Shown piece by piece: positions 49,193 to 62,628 of a DNA stretch of 64,000 nt. Source of the DNA: Mobula hypostoma (taxonomy: Eukaryota); NCBI RefSeq assembly GCF_963921235.1, contig NC_086097.1:209624001-209688000 (forward strand), written 5' to 3'. Under the pieces are notes generated by a model. The model saw only the letters and a program-made list of their open reading frames with translations, was not told where the DNA came from and ran no database searches. The position numbers and the translations under genes are program-made. The stretch's first letter is position 1; every line of letters begins with the position of its first letter.

Positions 49193-50127
49193 GAAGAATG
49201 GTGAACAACTTTCTCTTCACGATGAACATATTCTTTCAACTATATTGTGTAATATATGCAACTTCATGAACTATTAAGTATTGTACATGATACTGATTTT
49301 CTCATAATTTAAATCCTATCAAATAAGCATTTGCTTTTCAGGTAACAACAAATGTAGTTCTGGTCAGGATCTTTGTACATCCTAACCTAATAAATTAACA
49401 TTGCCACATTGTTTTACTTTGCACTTTATTGTATGTGGCAGAAATTTGATTTATATTCTCAAGCTATCTACAAACCATATATAGTGACAACTGTAATTTT
49501 ATTTTACTTATGATTGCTTTCAGCACAGTATCCTGTAGCTGTATTAATATGGGCATCCATTAAATATTACAAGGCTTTCCAAACCGAGGTCTGCTCAGAA
49601 TAGCAATTGGACTTAATTAAATTGTTCCATTGTATTGCAGTTATAGTTACAGTAACGAAGTCCAAACTCATTACCCTGATTAGATAATGCAATTGTTCAA
49701 AAGAAAATCATTTTTCCTATGGGGTTTTGATTTAAATTGAACTCAGACAGATTGGATGGCAGCCTTCTCCGTATGGCAACTGTTTAAAAGCACACATCAA
49801 ATGAGTTTTGGCATTATCAATCCAGCTCCTAATAAGTGTGAATCCATTGTAAAGAAAAACGTCCTTAATATGACACTGGGCTGCCATTTAGAGATTTCTG
49901 AAAATATTTAGTACAGAAAGTGAATACAGATTGAATACGCTAGAGTCTTCTAAGACACACACAGAAGCAGGCTCTTTGGCTTATCTAGTCCATGCTGAAT
50001 CATTTAAACTGCCTACTGCCGTTGACATGCAAGGGGGCCATAGCCCTCCATACTCCTACCATCCATGTACCTATCCAAATTTCTCTTAAATATTGAAATC
50101 GAGCTGACATACATCGCTTTCTCTGGC

Positions 50128-51916
50128 TTAGAAACATAGAAACATCAAAACCCTACAGCACAATACAGGCCCTTCGGTCCACAATGCTGTGCCAAACATG
50201 TACTTACTTTAGAAATTACCTTGGGCTACCCATAGCCCTCTATTTTTCTAAGCTCCATGTACCTTTCCAAGAGTCTCTTAAAAAGACCCTATTGTATCCA
50301 CTTCCACCCCTGCTGCCGGCAGCCCATTCCACGCACTCACCACTCTCTGTGTAAAAAAAAACCCTGACATCTCCTCTGTACCTGCTTCCAAGCACCTTAA
50401 AACTGTGCCCTCTCTTGTTAGCCATTTCAGCCCTGGCAAAAAGCCTCTTACTATCCACACGATCGATGCCTCTCATCATCTTATACACCACTATCAGGTC
50501 ACTTGTTATCCTCGATCCCTCCAAGGACAAAAGGCCAAGTTCATTCAACCTATTCTCATAAGGTATGCTCCCCAATCCAGGCAACATCCTTGTAAATCTC
50601 CTCTGCACCCTTTCTATGGTTTCTACATCCTTCCTGTAGTGAGGTGACCAGAACTGAGCAGAGTACTCCAAGTGGGGTCTGACCAGGGTCTTATATAGCT
50701 GTAACATTACCTCTCGGCTCCTAAACTCAATCCCACGGTTGATGAAGGTCAATGCACCGTATGCCTTCTTAACCGCAGAGTCAACCTGCGCAGCAGCTTT
50801 GGGTGTCCTATGGACTCCGTGACCCCAAGATCCCTCTGATCCTTCACACTGCCAAGCGTCTTACCATTAATGCTATATTCTGCCATCATATTTGGCCTAC
50901 CAAAATGAACCACCTCACACTTATCTGGGTTGAACTCTATCTACCACTTCTCAGCACAGTTTTGCATGATATCGCTGTAATCTCTGACAGCCCTCCACAC
51001 TATCCACCACACCCCCTAACGTTTGTGTCATCTGCATATTTTATTAACCCATCCCTCCAGTTCTGCATCCACGTTATCTATAAGCATAATGAAGAGAAGG
51101 GGTCCTGAGGCACACCACTGGTCACTGACTTCCATGCAAAATATGGCCCATTTTCAACCACTCTTTCCCTTCTGTGGGCAGACCAAATCTGGATCCACAA
51201 AGCAATGTCCCCTTGCATCCCATGCCTCCTTACTTTCTCAAAAAGCCTTGCATGGGGTACCTTGTCAACTGCCTTGCTGAGATCCATACATCTACTGCTC
51301 TACCATCATCAATGTGTTTAGTCACATCCTCAAAAAATTCAATCAGCATCGTAAGGCATGAGCTGCTTTCGACAAAGCCATGCTGACTATTGCTAATCAT
51401 ATTATGCTTCTCCAAATGTTCATAAATCCTGCCTCTCAGGATCTTCTCCATCAACTTACCAACCACTGAAGTAAGACTCACTGGTCTACAATTTCCTGGG
51501 CTATCTCTACTCCTTTTCTTGAATAAAGGAACAACATCCGCAACCCTCCAACCTTCCGGAACCTCTCCCATCTTCATTGATGATGCAAAGATCATTGCCA
51601 GAGGCTCAGCAATCTCCTCTCTCACCTCCCACAGTAGCCTGGGGTACATCTCATCCGGTCCCGGAGACTTATCCAACTTGATGCTTTCCAAAAGCTCCAG
51701 CACATCCTCTTTCTTAATATCTACAAGCTCAAGCTTTTCAGTCCGCTGTAAGTCATCTCTACAATCGCCAAGTTCTTTTTCCTTAGTGAATACTGAGGCA
51801 AAGTATCCATTAAGTGCCTCCGTTACTTCCTCTGGTTCCATACACACTTTTCCACTCTCACACCTGATTGGTCCTATTCTCTCACGTCTTATCCTCTTGT
51901 TCTTCACATACTTGTA
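50128..51916 (-). mobile_element. CR1 LINE (RT and C-terminus)
   Basis: KSPGPDEMYPRLL, SQHGFV, LYKTLVRPHLEY; (tttctatg)n tail. Confidence 0.92.
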
Positions 51917-52085
51917 GTGCATCTCATTCCACACTCTCATGACCCTCTGAGTGAAGAAGTTTCCCCTCATGTTCCCCTTAAACTTCTCAGCTTTCACCCT
52001 TAACCCATGACCTCTAGTTATAGTCCCACCAAACTTCAGAGAAAATGCCTGTTTGCATTTACCCTATCTATACCCCTCATAATTT

Positions 52086-53592
52086 CAACCGGTTCAAGCC
52101 TTTAGCTGAGAAGATCCTTCTGGAGACACAAGCCGGTTTTAGACCATCACGTGGAGCAATCGACATGATCTTCACAATGCGACAACTACAAGAAAAATGT
52201 CGTGAACAACTGCAACCTTTGTACATGGCATTCATCGACCTCACCAAAGCCTTTGAGTTGGTATCAAGGGAACTCCTATGGGATGTCCTATCCACCTATG
52301 GATGCCCTGAAAAGTACATTCGAATCCTGAGACTCCTCCACGATGGCATGCTTGCCACAGTCATGGTCAGCAACATTAACTGTGAGCCTTTTCAAGTTAG
52401 ATCAGGAGTAAAACAGGGATGCGTGATTGCCCCAACTTTGTTCACCATCTTCATTGTGACAATCATCCACATCATCAAGGACGACCAACCCCAGGCATTG
52501 AAATTGTCTACAGAACAGATGGCAGACTTTTCAATCTTGCCCATCTCATCAAAAAACAAGACATCCAAGGGTTCCCTCATCGAGTTCCAATACGCAGATG
52601 ACAACAGTGTTGCAGCTCTCTCAGAAAGCCAGTTACAACAGATTCTGACTGCCTTCAACCGTGCATATACGAAACTTGGACCTACCATCAATTCCAAGAA
52701 GACTCAGATTATCTACCACCTGTCACCAACTGAGACAAATCGGATAGAACCATCAATTCAACTTGGTGAAATAACCCTGGAAAACGTGGACCACTTTCTG
52801 TATCTTGGAAGTCACCTCTCCTCCAATGTCAATCTTAATGACGAGATCCAACATCGTCTTAAATGCACTGGAACAGCTTTTGGACATCTCCGAACAAGAG
52901 TCTTTCATGATCATGACATCTGAACAGAAACCAAAATGTTAGTGTACAAAGCAGTTGTGATCCCAACACTCTATGCATGAGAAACCTGGACAACGTACCA
53001 ACGACATCTAAAGGCACTTGAAAAGTTCCATCAATGCTGTCTTCAAAACATCTTAAATATCAACTGGGAAGATAGAAGAACCAACGTCAGTGTGCTAAAT
53101 GAAACAAAAAACAACAAGCATTGAAGCCTACGTCATCAAGAACCAACTAAGATGGAGCGGTCATGTTGTTCGGATGAAAGACGAACGTCTGCCGAAACAG
53201 ATCTTCTACTCCCAGCTTAAAGAAGGCAAACGTAAAAGAGGTGAACAACAGAAGAGATTCAAAGACGTCTTAAAAGCCAACATGAAGAAATGTAATATTA
53301 ACATCAACAATTGGGAAACCAATGCCAGGGACAGAAACCTTCGGCAAGCCATCATCCGAGAATTAACAGCGATTTTTGAAGCCAACAGATGTGCAGAATT
53401 AGAAGGACAGAGAGGCAGCAACAACCAAAGCCTAATCTGCCATCTGGAACTACCTGTCCTGAATGCGGAAGAACTTTCAAAGCCAAGATTGGACTCATAA
53501 GCCACTTGAGAGCCCATAAATAGATCAACAGAACGAAGACCATCGTCCTCGATCTCGAGGGATAGCCACGATGACGACGACAACGACGATGA
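52086..53592 (+). mobile_element. 5'-truncated RTE-clade LINE
   Basis: QAGFRPSRG..DMIF..RQLQEKCREQ, FIDLTKAF, GVKQGCVIAPTLF, YADD, QLRWSGHVVRM, terminal C2H2 finger CPECG..SHLRAH; (gac/gat)n tail. Confidence 0.92.
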
Positions 53593-53826
53593 ATTTTGTA
53601 TACCACTATCAAATTTCTTCACAATCTTCCATGTTCCAAGGAATAGAGTCCTAACCTGTTGAGTCTTTCCATATAACTCAGGGTCTCCAGATACAGCAAT
53701 GTGCTTGTAAATTTTCTCTGTATTCTTTTAACATTATTTATATTATTTCTGTGCACAATGCTCCAAATTAGACCTCATCAATGTCTTATACAACTTCAAC
53801 ATAACATCCCATCTCCTGTAATCAAT

Positions 53827-54615
53827 CACGAGGAAATCTGCAGATGCTGGAATTTCAAGTAACACACATAAAAGTTGCTGGTGAACGCAGCAGGCCAGGT
53901 AGCATCTCTAGGAAGAGGTACAGTCGACATTTTGGGCCGAGACCCTTCGTCAGGACTAACTGAAAGAAGAGTTAGTAAAAGATTTGAAAGTGGGAGGGGG
54001 AGGGGCAGATTCAAAATGATAAGAGAAGACAAGAGGGGGAGGGATGGAGCCAAGAGCTGGACAGTTGATTGGCAAAAGGGATCTGTGAGGATCATGGGAC
54101 AGGAGGCCTAGGGAGAAAGAAAGGGGGATGCCACACTCAGGTTGGAGGAACAACACCTTATATTCCATCTGAGTAGCCTCCAACCTGATGGTATGAACAT
54201 TGACTTCTCTAACTTCCGTTAATCCCCCACCTCCCCCTCGTACCCCATCCGTTATTTATTTATTTTTATACACATATTCTTTTTCTCTCTCTCTTTTTTC
54301 TCCCTCTGTCCCCCTCTCTATACCCCTTGCCCATCCTCTGGGTTTTCCCCCCTCCCCCTTTTCTTTCTCCCTAGGCCTCCTGTCCCATGATCCTCTCATA
54401 TCCCTTTTGCCAATCAACTGTCCAGCTCTTGGCTCCATCTCTCCCCCTCCTGTCTTCTCCTATCATTTCAGACCTCCCCCTCCCACTTTCAAATCTCTTA
54501 CTAGCTCTTCTTTCAGTTAGTCCTGATGAAGGGTCTCGGCCCAAAACTTCGACTGTACCTCTTCCTAGAGATGCTGCCTGGCCTGCTGCGTTCACCAGCA
54601 ACTTTTATGTGTGTT
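53827..54615. mobile_element. Young Penelope-like insertion with inverted pLTR arms
   Basis: Minus arm 53827-about 54127, plus arm about 54128-54615; 13-bp TSD tcctgtaatcaat (53814-53826, 54616-54628); close to 20930-21550 in sequence. Confidence 0.92.
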
Positions 54616-57476
54616 TCCTGTAATCAATACTTTGATATATGAAGGCCAAGCTTTCTTTATGACCCTATCTACTTGTACCACCACTTCCAATGAATTCAGA
54701 ACCTGTATTCACAGATGCCTTTGTTCTACCATGCTCCTCAGTGCCCTACTGTTCACTGGTTGGTCCTCCCGAAGTGCAAGCCTTGTGCTTGTCTGCATTA
54801 TATTCCAATTGCCATTTTTTAGCCCATTTTTCTAGCTGGTCCAGATCCTGCTGCAAGCCATGATAGTCTACTACACTTGGTGTCATCTGCAAGTTTGCTG
54901 ATCCAGTCAACCATATTCTCATCCAGATCATTAATATAGATGACAACCAACAACAGACCCAGCACCGATCCCTCGCAGGCCTCCGGTCAGAGAGGTAACA
55001 TCTATTACAACTCTTTGGCTTTTCTCACAAAGCCAATGTCTAATCCCGTTTACTACCTTAAATCAAAGATTTCTTTTGATTAGGATGAACCAAATAGGTT
55101 ATTGTATCTCCTCCCATATAATTCCTGTCCATTTTCATGTGATCTCCCGACTCCCATTGATCTGTTTAACAAACTACTTGTACAACACTAAAGCTACAAT
55201 CTAATTTACAATCCACTCTGATTTGTTATAACATAAGTGACATGCTCGACCGTTTAACGAAATGTAACATTATCAGGGATTATTTAAGGTAACTGATTTC
55301 TACCTTATTTTTAAATTTGTTTTGTTGGCTGTGTGTTACTTCTAGAAATTCTAAGCCACTTCATTGACAAATATACATTTTAAAATTGTTAAAGCTAATG
55401 GGCCAATAGAATGCCAGGCAAATCTTTTAACTTGTACATTGTGTGGTTTGATTGAAGCTTTGCTCATTAATGGCTGTTTGCTTAATCCCTTCCAGTTGGA
55501 CTGCACTATCTCAGTAAACTGCATATTTATTTTTTATTGTGTGTGAGTCAGACAGTTTGCAACTTCAGTACTCTTTTAGAACTTAGTTGAGTGACCTCAT
55601 ACTTATACCATCACTGAGGCTTAATACCCATACATTGGTGATTTTCTCAGCCTCCACTCAAACCAAGCTCATTTGGTACTGAAGGTCTTATTCACACCTA
55701 TGTTCCTTCTCAGTATAATCATTCTGATGCACTGTTGTCTCTCTTCCTTTCTACTTAGCTTGATAATTTGAGGTCACTAAGAGCTCTACAGTCCATGTCC
55801 TTGTTCAGTCATTACCCCTTGTGCTTACTGGCTTACACTAGCCCACAACTCAGTAATATCTTTACATTAACATTCTCATTTTGTTTTAAAAATCCCTCTC
55901 GATCTTCTCCACTTTTGTAAGATTCTCTTAACACATAACCCTTGCCCAGTGAAGTTGGACTTTTTGTGGCTGACTTGCAAAAGAAAGGGCAACTGTAGTG
56001 TTTCAGCTATTGGGTGGAGAGTTGAAGCGGGTATGAGATGCATATTTCTATCAGATGCACCTTGCAGGAAGAGAAAGAATGGAGATGAAACTTAGAGTAT
56101 ACTGATACCTTGATTAGTCTCTGCCTTGATGCTAGTCATGGATTTTGCAGTAACTACCTCAATATAAGCCAGCACTCTGATCTCCATTCGGGTGAGAGAT
56201 GCTCATTCCCCATGTTTCGCTGCAGTAATGTAAATTTTCTTCAAGGCAGGGGGAATCAAGAGGCCAAACTGGGTTCAAGTCCACAGTTTACTGAAAATGG
56301 CATCGTAGGTCAAAAGGATAATGAAGAAGACAAATGACAAGATGTAGAAACTAAAACCTCAGATGTTATGTTGCAACTTTACAAAAGACTGGTTAGACCA
56401 CACTTGTATGTGGCTCTGGATGCCAGACTGATACAATGGGGGATTTCAGGAAATGGTTGGTACCTCAGGGGCTGGAGTGTTTGTGGACCATGCTAAACCA
56501 TATTTTAATTTGGAACTGTAAATAAATATATAAAGGATACAGTGCCTTGAAAAAGTATTTAGCCCCCACAACTATTTTCACATTTTACTCTCCCATTTTC
56601 TAAATTTTAAAAATATTGAAGTAGAATTTTTGAGCTAATCTACAAAATATTGTGCACCATGTCAAACCAAAAGAGACATTCCTAAACCTGTTAACAGTTT
56701 ATGAAAAAATAAAAACCAAAATTGTGAGGCTGAAAAAGTATTCATCCCCTTTGTAATTCCTACTCTGACTTTCCTCGGGTGCAATACTGTATACTACCTG
56801 ACCAACTCACCCACATTTTTGATGTAGAAAATTGGAGGAACTCCTGAATAAATACCTCCTCTCTTTCTGTAAGGTCCAACAGTATGGTAGACTTTCAACA
56901 GACCAAACCTAAATGAAGACAAAGGAGCATTTATGGCAAGTCTGGGCAATGATCATAGAGATACACAAATCTGGAGAAAGGTACAGGCTATTTCAAAGGC
57001 ACTGATCGTACATCAGAGTTCAGTGCAGTCCATCATGAAAACGTGGGAAAAAATATGAAACCACAGCCACACTACCTAGGCCAGTCCACCCTGTGAACGT
57101 AGATGCCTGAGAAAAACAGCACTTCTAAGAGAAGCTACTGTGACGCTGAGTGATCTGCAGAAATCATTGGCTGCAACTAGAGATGAAGTCCATGGCTCCA
57201 CAGTCTCTAAGGTGTTGCACAGAAAAGGTACTTATGGAAGAGTGGCAAGGAAGAAGCCCTTGCTAAAAAAAAAACATATTCTTACCCATAAAGACTTTGC
57301 ATTACATTGCTTAGAAGATACCGAAAAGATGTGGAAGAAGGTTTTGTGAACAGATGAGACTAAAATGGAACTTTTTGGCCTCAACACTAAACACGTGTGG
57401 TGTAAATTGAATACTGTGCATCAGCCAGCTAACACCATCCCTACTGTAACTTATGGTAGAGATAGCAAAATGCTAT

Positions 57477-59058
57477 CTTGCTACCATAGCAACAGTTTTT
57501 CCTTTGGCTCCTCCCACTTTCTCCAGTCTTGGGGTAGCCATGGGCACCCACATGGGCCCCAGCTACGCCTGCCTCTTTGTTGGCTACATAGAACAACCTA
57601 TGTTTGAAGCCTTCCCCAATTCTTCATCTCCTACACTGATGACTGCGTCGGCATTTCCTCATGCACCCATGCTGAGCTTGTCAATTTTGTCAACTTTGTC
57701 AACTTTGCCAACTTTGCCTCGAACTTCCACCCTGCCCTTAAATTCACTTCGTCCATTTCTGAGACCTGCTCTCATTTCTCAATCTCTGCAGACAAATGTC
57801 AACCGACATCTTTTATAAACCTAATGATTCCCACGGTTATCATGACAATGCCCCTTTCCATTCTATCACCTGTAAAAATGCTATTCCCTTTTCTCAGTTC
57901 CTTCATCTCAGCTGTATCTGCTCCCAGGATGCAGTTTTCCTTTCCAGGGCATCAGAGATGTCTTCCTCCTTCAAAGAATGGGATTTCCCTTCCTCCACCA
58001 TAGATGTTGCCCTCACCCACATCTCCATTTCCCAAACATCCGCACTCACACCATCTTCCTGCCACCTTAAAAGTGATATAAAACCTCTTGTCATTACCTA
58101 CCATCCCATGAGCCTCTGCATCTAACACATCATTTTCCACAATTTCTGCCATCTCCAAAGCGATCCTACAACCAAACGATTCTTTATGCACCCCCCACCC
58201 TCTGTTTTCTACAGGGATCACTCCCTCTGTGGTGCCTCTGTCCATTCATTTGTCCCCACTCATCTCCCTCCCGGCTCTTATCTCTGCAAACAGCCTAAGT
58301 GCTACACTGCCCATTTATCACCTCTGTCTCTTCCATTCAGGGCCGCAAACAGTCCTTCCAGGTGAGGCAACATTTTACCTGTGAATCTACTGGGGTCGTC
58401 TATTACGTCCGTTGCTCCTGATGCAACCTTCTCTACATTGGCGAGACCTGTCGTAAATTTGAGGACTACTTCATCGAGCAACTGTGCTCCATCTGCCACA
58501 AGCAGAAATTCCTGGTGACCAAACAATTTAATTCTGATTCCCATTCCGGTTCTAATATGTCAGTCCATTGCCTCCTCTTGTGTCAAAATGAGGCCACCCT
58601 CAAGGTGGAGGAACACACCTTGTATTTCATCTGGGTAGCCTCTAACCTGATAGCATGAATATCAATTTCTGCTTCTGCTAAAATAATTTTTCCCTCTCCC
58701 TGCCTTCTACTGTTCCCCACTCTGGCCTTTTACCTTTACTTACCTGCCTTTCACCTCCCGGTGGGTCCCCTGGTCCACTTTCCTCTCCTATCAGATTCCT
58801 TCTTTTCTAGCTCATTACCTTTCCCCACCCAGCTAGCTTCAGTTATCACCATCTAGCTGGATTCCTTCCCTGCCCCCCCCCACCTTTTTATTCTGGCATC
58901 TTCGCCCTTCCTTTCCGGTCCTAAAGAAGGGTTCCGGCCCAAAGCATCTGCTGTTTATTCATTTCCAATAATGCTGCCTGACCTGCTGAGTTCCTCCAGC
59001 ATTTTGTGTATATTGCCTTGGATTTCCAGCATCTGCAGACTGTCACATGTTTTTGATC
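57477..59058 (+). mobile_element. Penelope-like element (RT C-half, GIY-YIG, pLTR), degraded
   Basis: GVAMGTHMGPSYACLF, YTDD, TDIFYKP.DSH, FTCEST.VVY...LYIGET; flanking repeat atgctat (57470, 59059). Confidence 0.9.
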
Positions 59059-59645
59059 ATGCTATGGGGATGCTTTTCAACAGCAGGGATTGGAAATCTA
59101 GTCAGAATTGATGAGAAGATGAATGCTGCTAAATACAAAGAAACCCTGGATAAAAACCTGCTAGCCTCTGCCACAAAGCTTAAACTGGGGAGGAAGTTTG
59201 TCTTTCAGCAGGACAACAACCCAAAGCACACTTCCAGAGCAACTATAGAGTAGCTTCAAATGAAGAAAATTGATGTTCTTGAGGAGCCCATTTAGAATCC
59301 TGACCTAAACACAGTATGATTAAACATCTCTGGCAAGACCTCAAGATTGCTGTCCATTGCTGCTCCCCAAATAACCTGGCACAGCTTGAGCAATTTTGCA
59401 AGGAGGAATGGACAAATCTTGTTCCCTCATGTGTGCAAAGCTAATAGAGACTTACCCAAAAAGATTACTGGCTATAATAGCTGCGAGAGGTGGTTCAACT
59501 AAGTACTAAGCAAAGGGAGATGAATATTTTTGAACTGCTGACATTACAGTTTTTGAATTTTTAGTTTTTCGTGCTTTACAATTTTCCCTATTTTTTTTGG
59601 CTCTACTGTGTCTACTGTGGCAAAAAAAGGAACATGTGATTCACA

Positions 59646-60343
59646 TGTAAAGGGGTTTCGTCTTTTATGTTACTGCGGAGGCTAATTAAAATGGCTTCTT
59701 TGTTATGTTATACTTAGGAATGCTTCTTTGTTATGTTAAATGCTGAGAAAGTCCTTCCCGTTAGCAGTTTGTTTTGTATTATCTATTGATATGAGGGCGA
59801 ATGAACCAATTGAGATAGTTGTTATGTTTTTGGTGTATTTGAAGATACTGTATGCGCAGGGTTTTGGGGCAGAAGGCGGGAGAGAGAGACAGAGAATGGA
59901 CCAGGTGCTGTGAGGTCGGCTAACGGGGTGGGACCCCGAGCGGGGCGTTCAGCGAGGAGGAGAGACGGGAAGGACGGCGGACGTGCGGAAAGGCTCTGCT
60001 CGATCACTCCGGGTGGTCCCAAGCTGTGAGTCGACAGGATCCGGGTGGTTGTCAGGAATCGACTGAGCTCCAACTGTTTTGTGCATGAAGAGATTGAACT
60101 TTGATAAGTGTGGCGCCTTTTATTTTCCTTTTATATTTTATTCTCCATTAATTATATAGTTCCAGTAATATCTATAAACTGTAAATCATTTAATCGTATC
60201 TGGTGTATTGTCTGTTATTTGGGCGGGGTGGGGTACATCTCGCAGCATCCACACAAAATACTTACCCAGTTTGGCGGGGCCGAGGGCTGTTTCCCTAGAC
60301 GACAGTGAGCCAAGCGACCCTGAGGGTGGCCAGGGGGGCTACA
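59646..60343 (+). mobile_element. Solo LTR
   Basis: tgtaaagggg...gggggctaca; flanks caca/aaca; lies inside the Tc1 right inverted repeat. Confidence 0.82.
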
Positions 60344-61319
60344 AACAAATAAAATTTCTCATTTAAATTGATAAAAATCTCTGGTTACAATTCACATCTG
60401 TGCAAAACAAGGGGTTGGAGATTGAATACTTTTACAAGGCACTATATATTGAGTGCAGAGGAGAGTTACAAGGGTGTATCCTGGCTTGGAGGACATTAAT
60501 TATGGAGAGAGGCTGGGTTTCTCTTTCCCTGAGGGAGGGAGACTGAGGCTGACTTGATAGGGGTATAGAAAAAGAGACATAAAGGCATCACTTTATCTAT
60601 ATGCCTCCCACAGTTGAATAGTTAGTACCATGTGCACATGAAGTTTAAAGTTCTGGTAAATATTTGAAGATATGTTGGCATATGTAAATAGATAATACCA
60701 TTCCTGATTGTCGGAGGTTGTTGACAGGTGAGTGATGACTATGTGCAGTGTGTGAGACGGCTGCTGCAACTGGTGGAAATATATTGGTTTAAAGATGCAT
60801 TCACTGAACTTAATCATTCTTATGAGACCATTGAGTTTCTAATGGCACTGCTTTCATGTCCTTGAGATCTGAATCTTAACATTAACTTCATCTGCTGTCA
60901 CCTACCACTGGTGATTCATTTTGCCAAAGAGATTGGAAGGTTAAAATTGTCCTTTGAAATGTTATTAACACCTGTTTCAACGAAGTGGACTCACAAATGT
61001 TGAACAACTAGCAAAAATATTTCAAAAGGTATCTTAAATAAATTGTTTCTGATCTTGCATAACAGTTTGCATATCCATTAAAGAAAATCTTTGAGCAATT
61101 TCCTTTTCTTCTTGAGACATCTTAAAGCATTTCACAGCTAGATTTAAAATGTAGTTGCTGATGTAATGCAGCATGTAAATCTGATCTAATTTTAGCTAAT
61201 TTTCCAATGTGAAGCATGGCTCAAGATGCTTCTCATACTTATTTGCATAATCAGAAACAAAATCTTCCTTACTTTAATGATATTAGTTAGTATTATTTTG
61301 ACAGCACCTTTACTTCCTT

Positions 61320-61995
61320 GGGAGTTTGTGAAGATTTGGCATGACATCTCAAACTTTGACAAACTTCTATAGATGTGTAGTGGAGAGCATATTGACTGGA
61401 TGCATCACAGCCTGGTATGGATAGACCAATGTCCTTGAACAAAAAATACTACAAAAATTAGTGGGTATGTCCCAGTCCATCACGGGTAAAGCCCTCCCCA
61501 CCATTGAGTACATCGACATGGAGCATTGTCACTGGGAAGCAGCAACCATCATCAGGGACCCCCACCACCCAGGTCATGTTCTCTTCTTACTGCTGTCCTT
61601 GGGAAGAAGTTACAGGAGCTTCAGGACTCACACCACCAGGTTCAGGAACAGTTATTACTTCTCAACCATCAGGCTCTGAAATGTTTTCACAATATATGGA
61701 ATCACTTTCAGGGGCTCTTCATCTCATTTTCTCAATATTTATTGCTTTTTTATTTAGTTTATTATATATTTTATTCATACTTGTGGCTTATTTATCATTA
61801 TTCTTATTTCTTTTTGTATGTGTACAGTTTGTCTTTTGCCCATTGGTGGTACGCCCAGTTGGTGCAGTCTTTCATTGATTTTATTATGGTTATTGGATTT
61901 ATTGAGTATGCCCACAAGAAAATGAATCTCAGGGTTGTATATGTATTTTGATAATATGTTTACTTTGAACTTTTAAATTTTGTACTTTGATTTAA
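61320..61995 (+). mobile_element. Rex1/Babar-like LINE 3' fragment
   Basis: TLTNFYRCVVESILTGCITAWYG, RDPHHPGH, TTRFRNSY; tail ttactttgaact. Confidence 0.85.
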
Positions 61996-62338
61996 AATCT
62001 TATTCCCCTCACACCAACCTGGTATAATGAAAATAACATGTCCTTAATGTGTATGAGTGGTAAATAATGTAGTTTTGAAGAAGACATGGCTGTGGAAAAG
62101 GTACAGGAACATTTCAAGCTATTTGAAATATGTTCTGGCCTTGAAGGGAGGATGAGGACCCTCACTGCCTTTCACTTCCTACTCTCTTATTGCTACAGCT
62201 GCAATGGGAGAATGAGATGTGAAAAGCATTGAAAGTCCACACCTTCCTCAAAGTGTTCATCATCACCTGATTTGGCAATCAAAAGTGAGAGTGATAGTCT
62301 GGATAGTTTGAACTAGACTCCAATACTTAGAACAAGAA

Positions 62339-62628
62339 CGCAAGATATTCTGCAGATGTTAGAAATCCAGGAGGAACTCAGCAGATCAGCCAGCATCTAT
62401 GGAGAGGACTAAACAGTCAATGTTTTGGGCTGAGACTGTTCATCAGGACTGGAGAGGAAGGGCGAAGATGCAAGAATAAGAAGGTAGGGAGAGGAGAGGG
62501 AGTACAAGCTAGAAGGCGATATGTGGAGCCAGGTGAGAGGGAAGCGGGTGGGGGAATGAAGAAAGAAGATGGGAAGTGCTAGGTGGGAAAGGTAAAGGGC
62601 TAAAGTTCCTCCAGCATTTTATGTCAGT
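62339..62628 (-). mobile_element. PLE pLTR insertion with a short inverted arm
   Basis: Minus-strand pLTR plus gttcctccagcattt plus-strand stub; 15-bp TSD tacttagaac[a/t]agaa (62324, 62629). Confidence 0.75.

Larger units (their letters stand above)
49955..54998 (-). mobile_element. CR1 LINE split by CR1, RTE and PLE insertions
   Basis: Colinear pieces about 49955-50127, 51917-52085, 53593-53826 and 54629-54998. Confidence 0.8.
56540..60444 (+). mobile_element. Tc1 transposon (IR/DR type) split by a PLE and a solo LTR
   Basis: TA|cagtgccttgaaaaagtatt ... aatacttttacaaggcact ends; MKTKEH start at 56913, GRVARKKPLL, DETKMELFG, MLWGCFS, FQQDNNPKH. Confidence 0.9.

Noticed and set aside
51230..51997. 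255-aa ORF with CR1 C-terminal sequence ahead of RT N-terminal sequence
   Set aside because: Chance read-through across the junction of two nested CR1 copies at about 51916.
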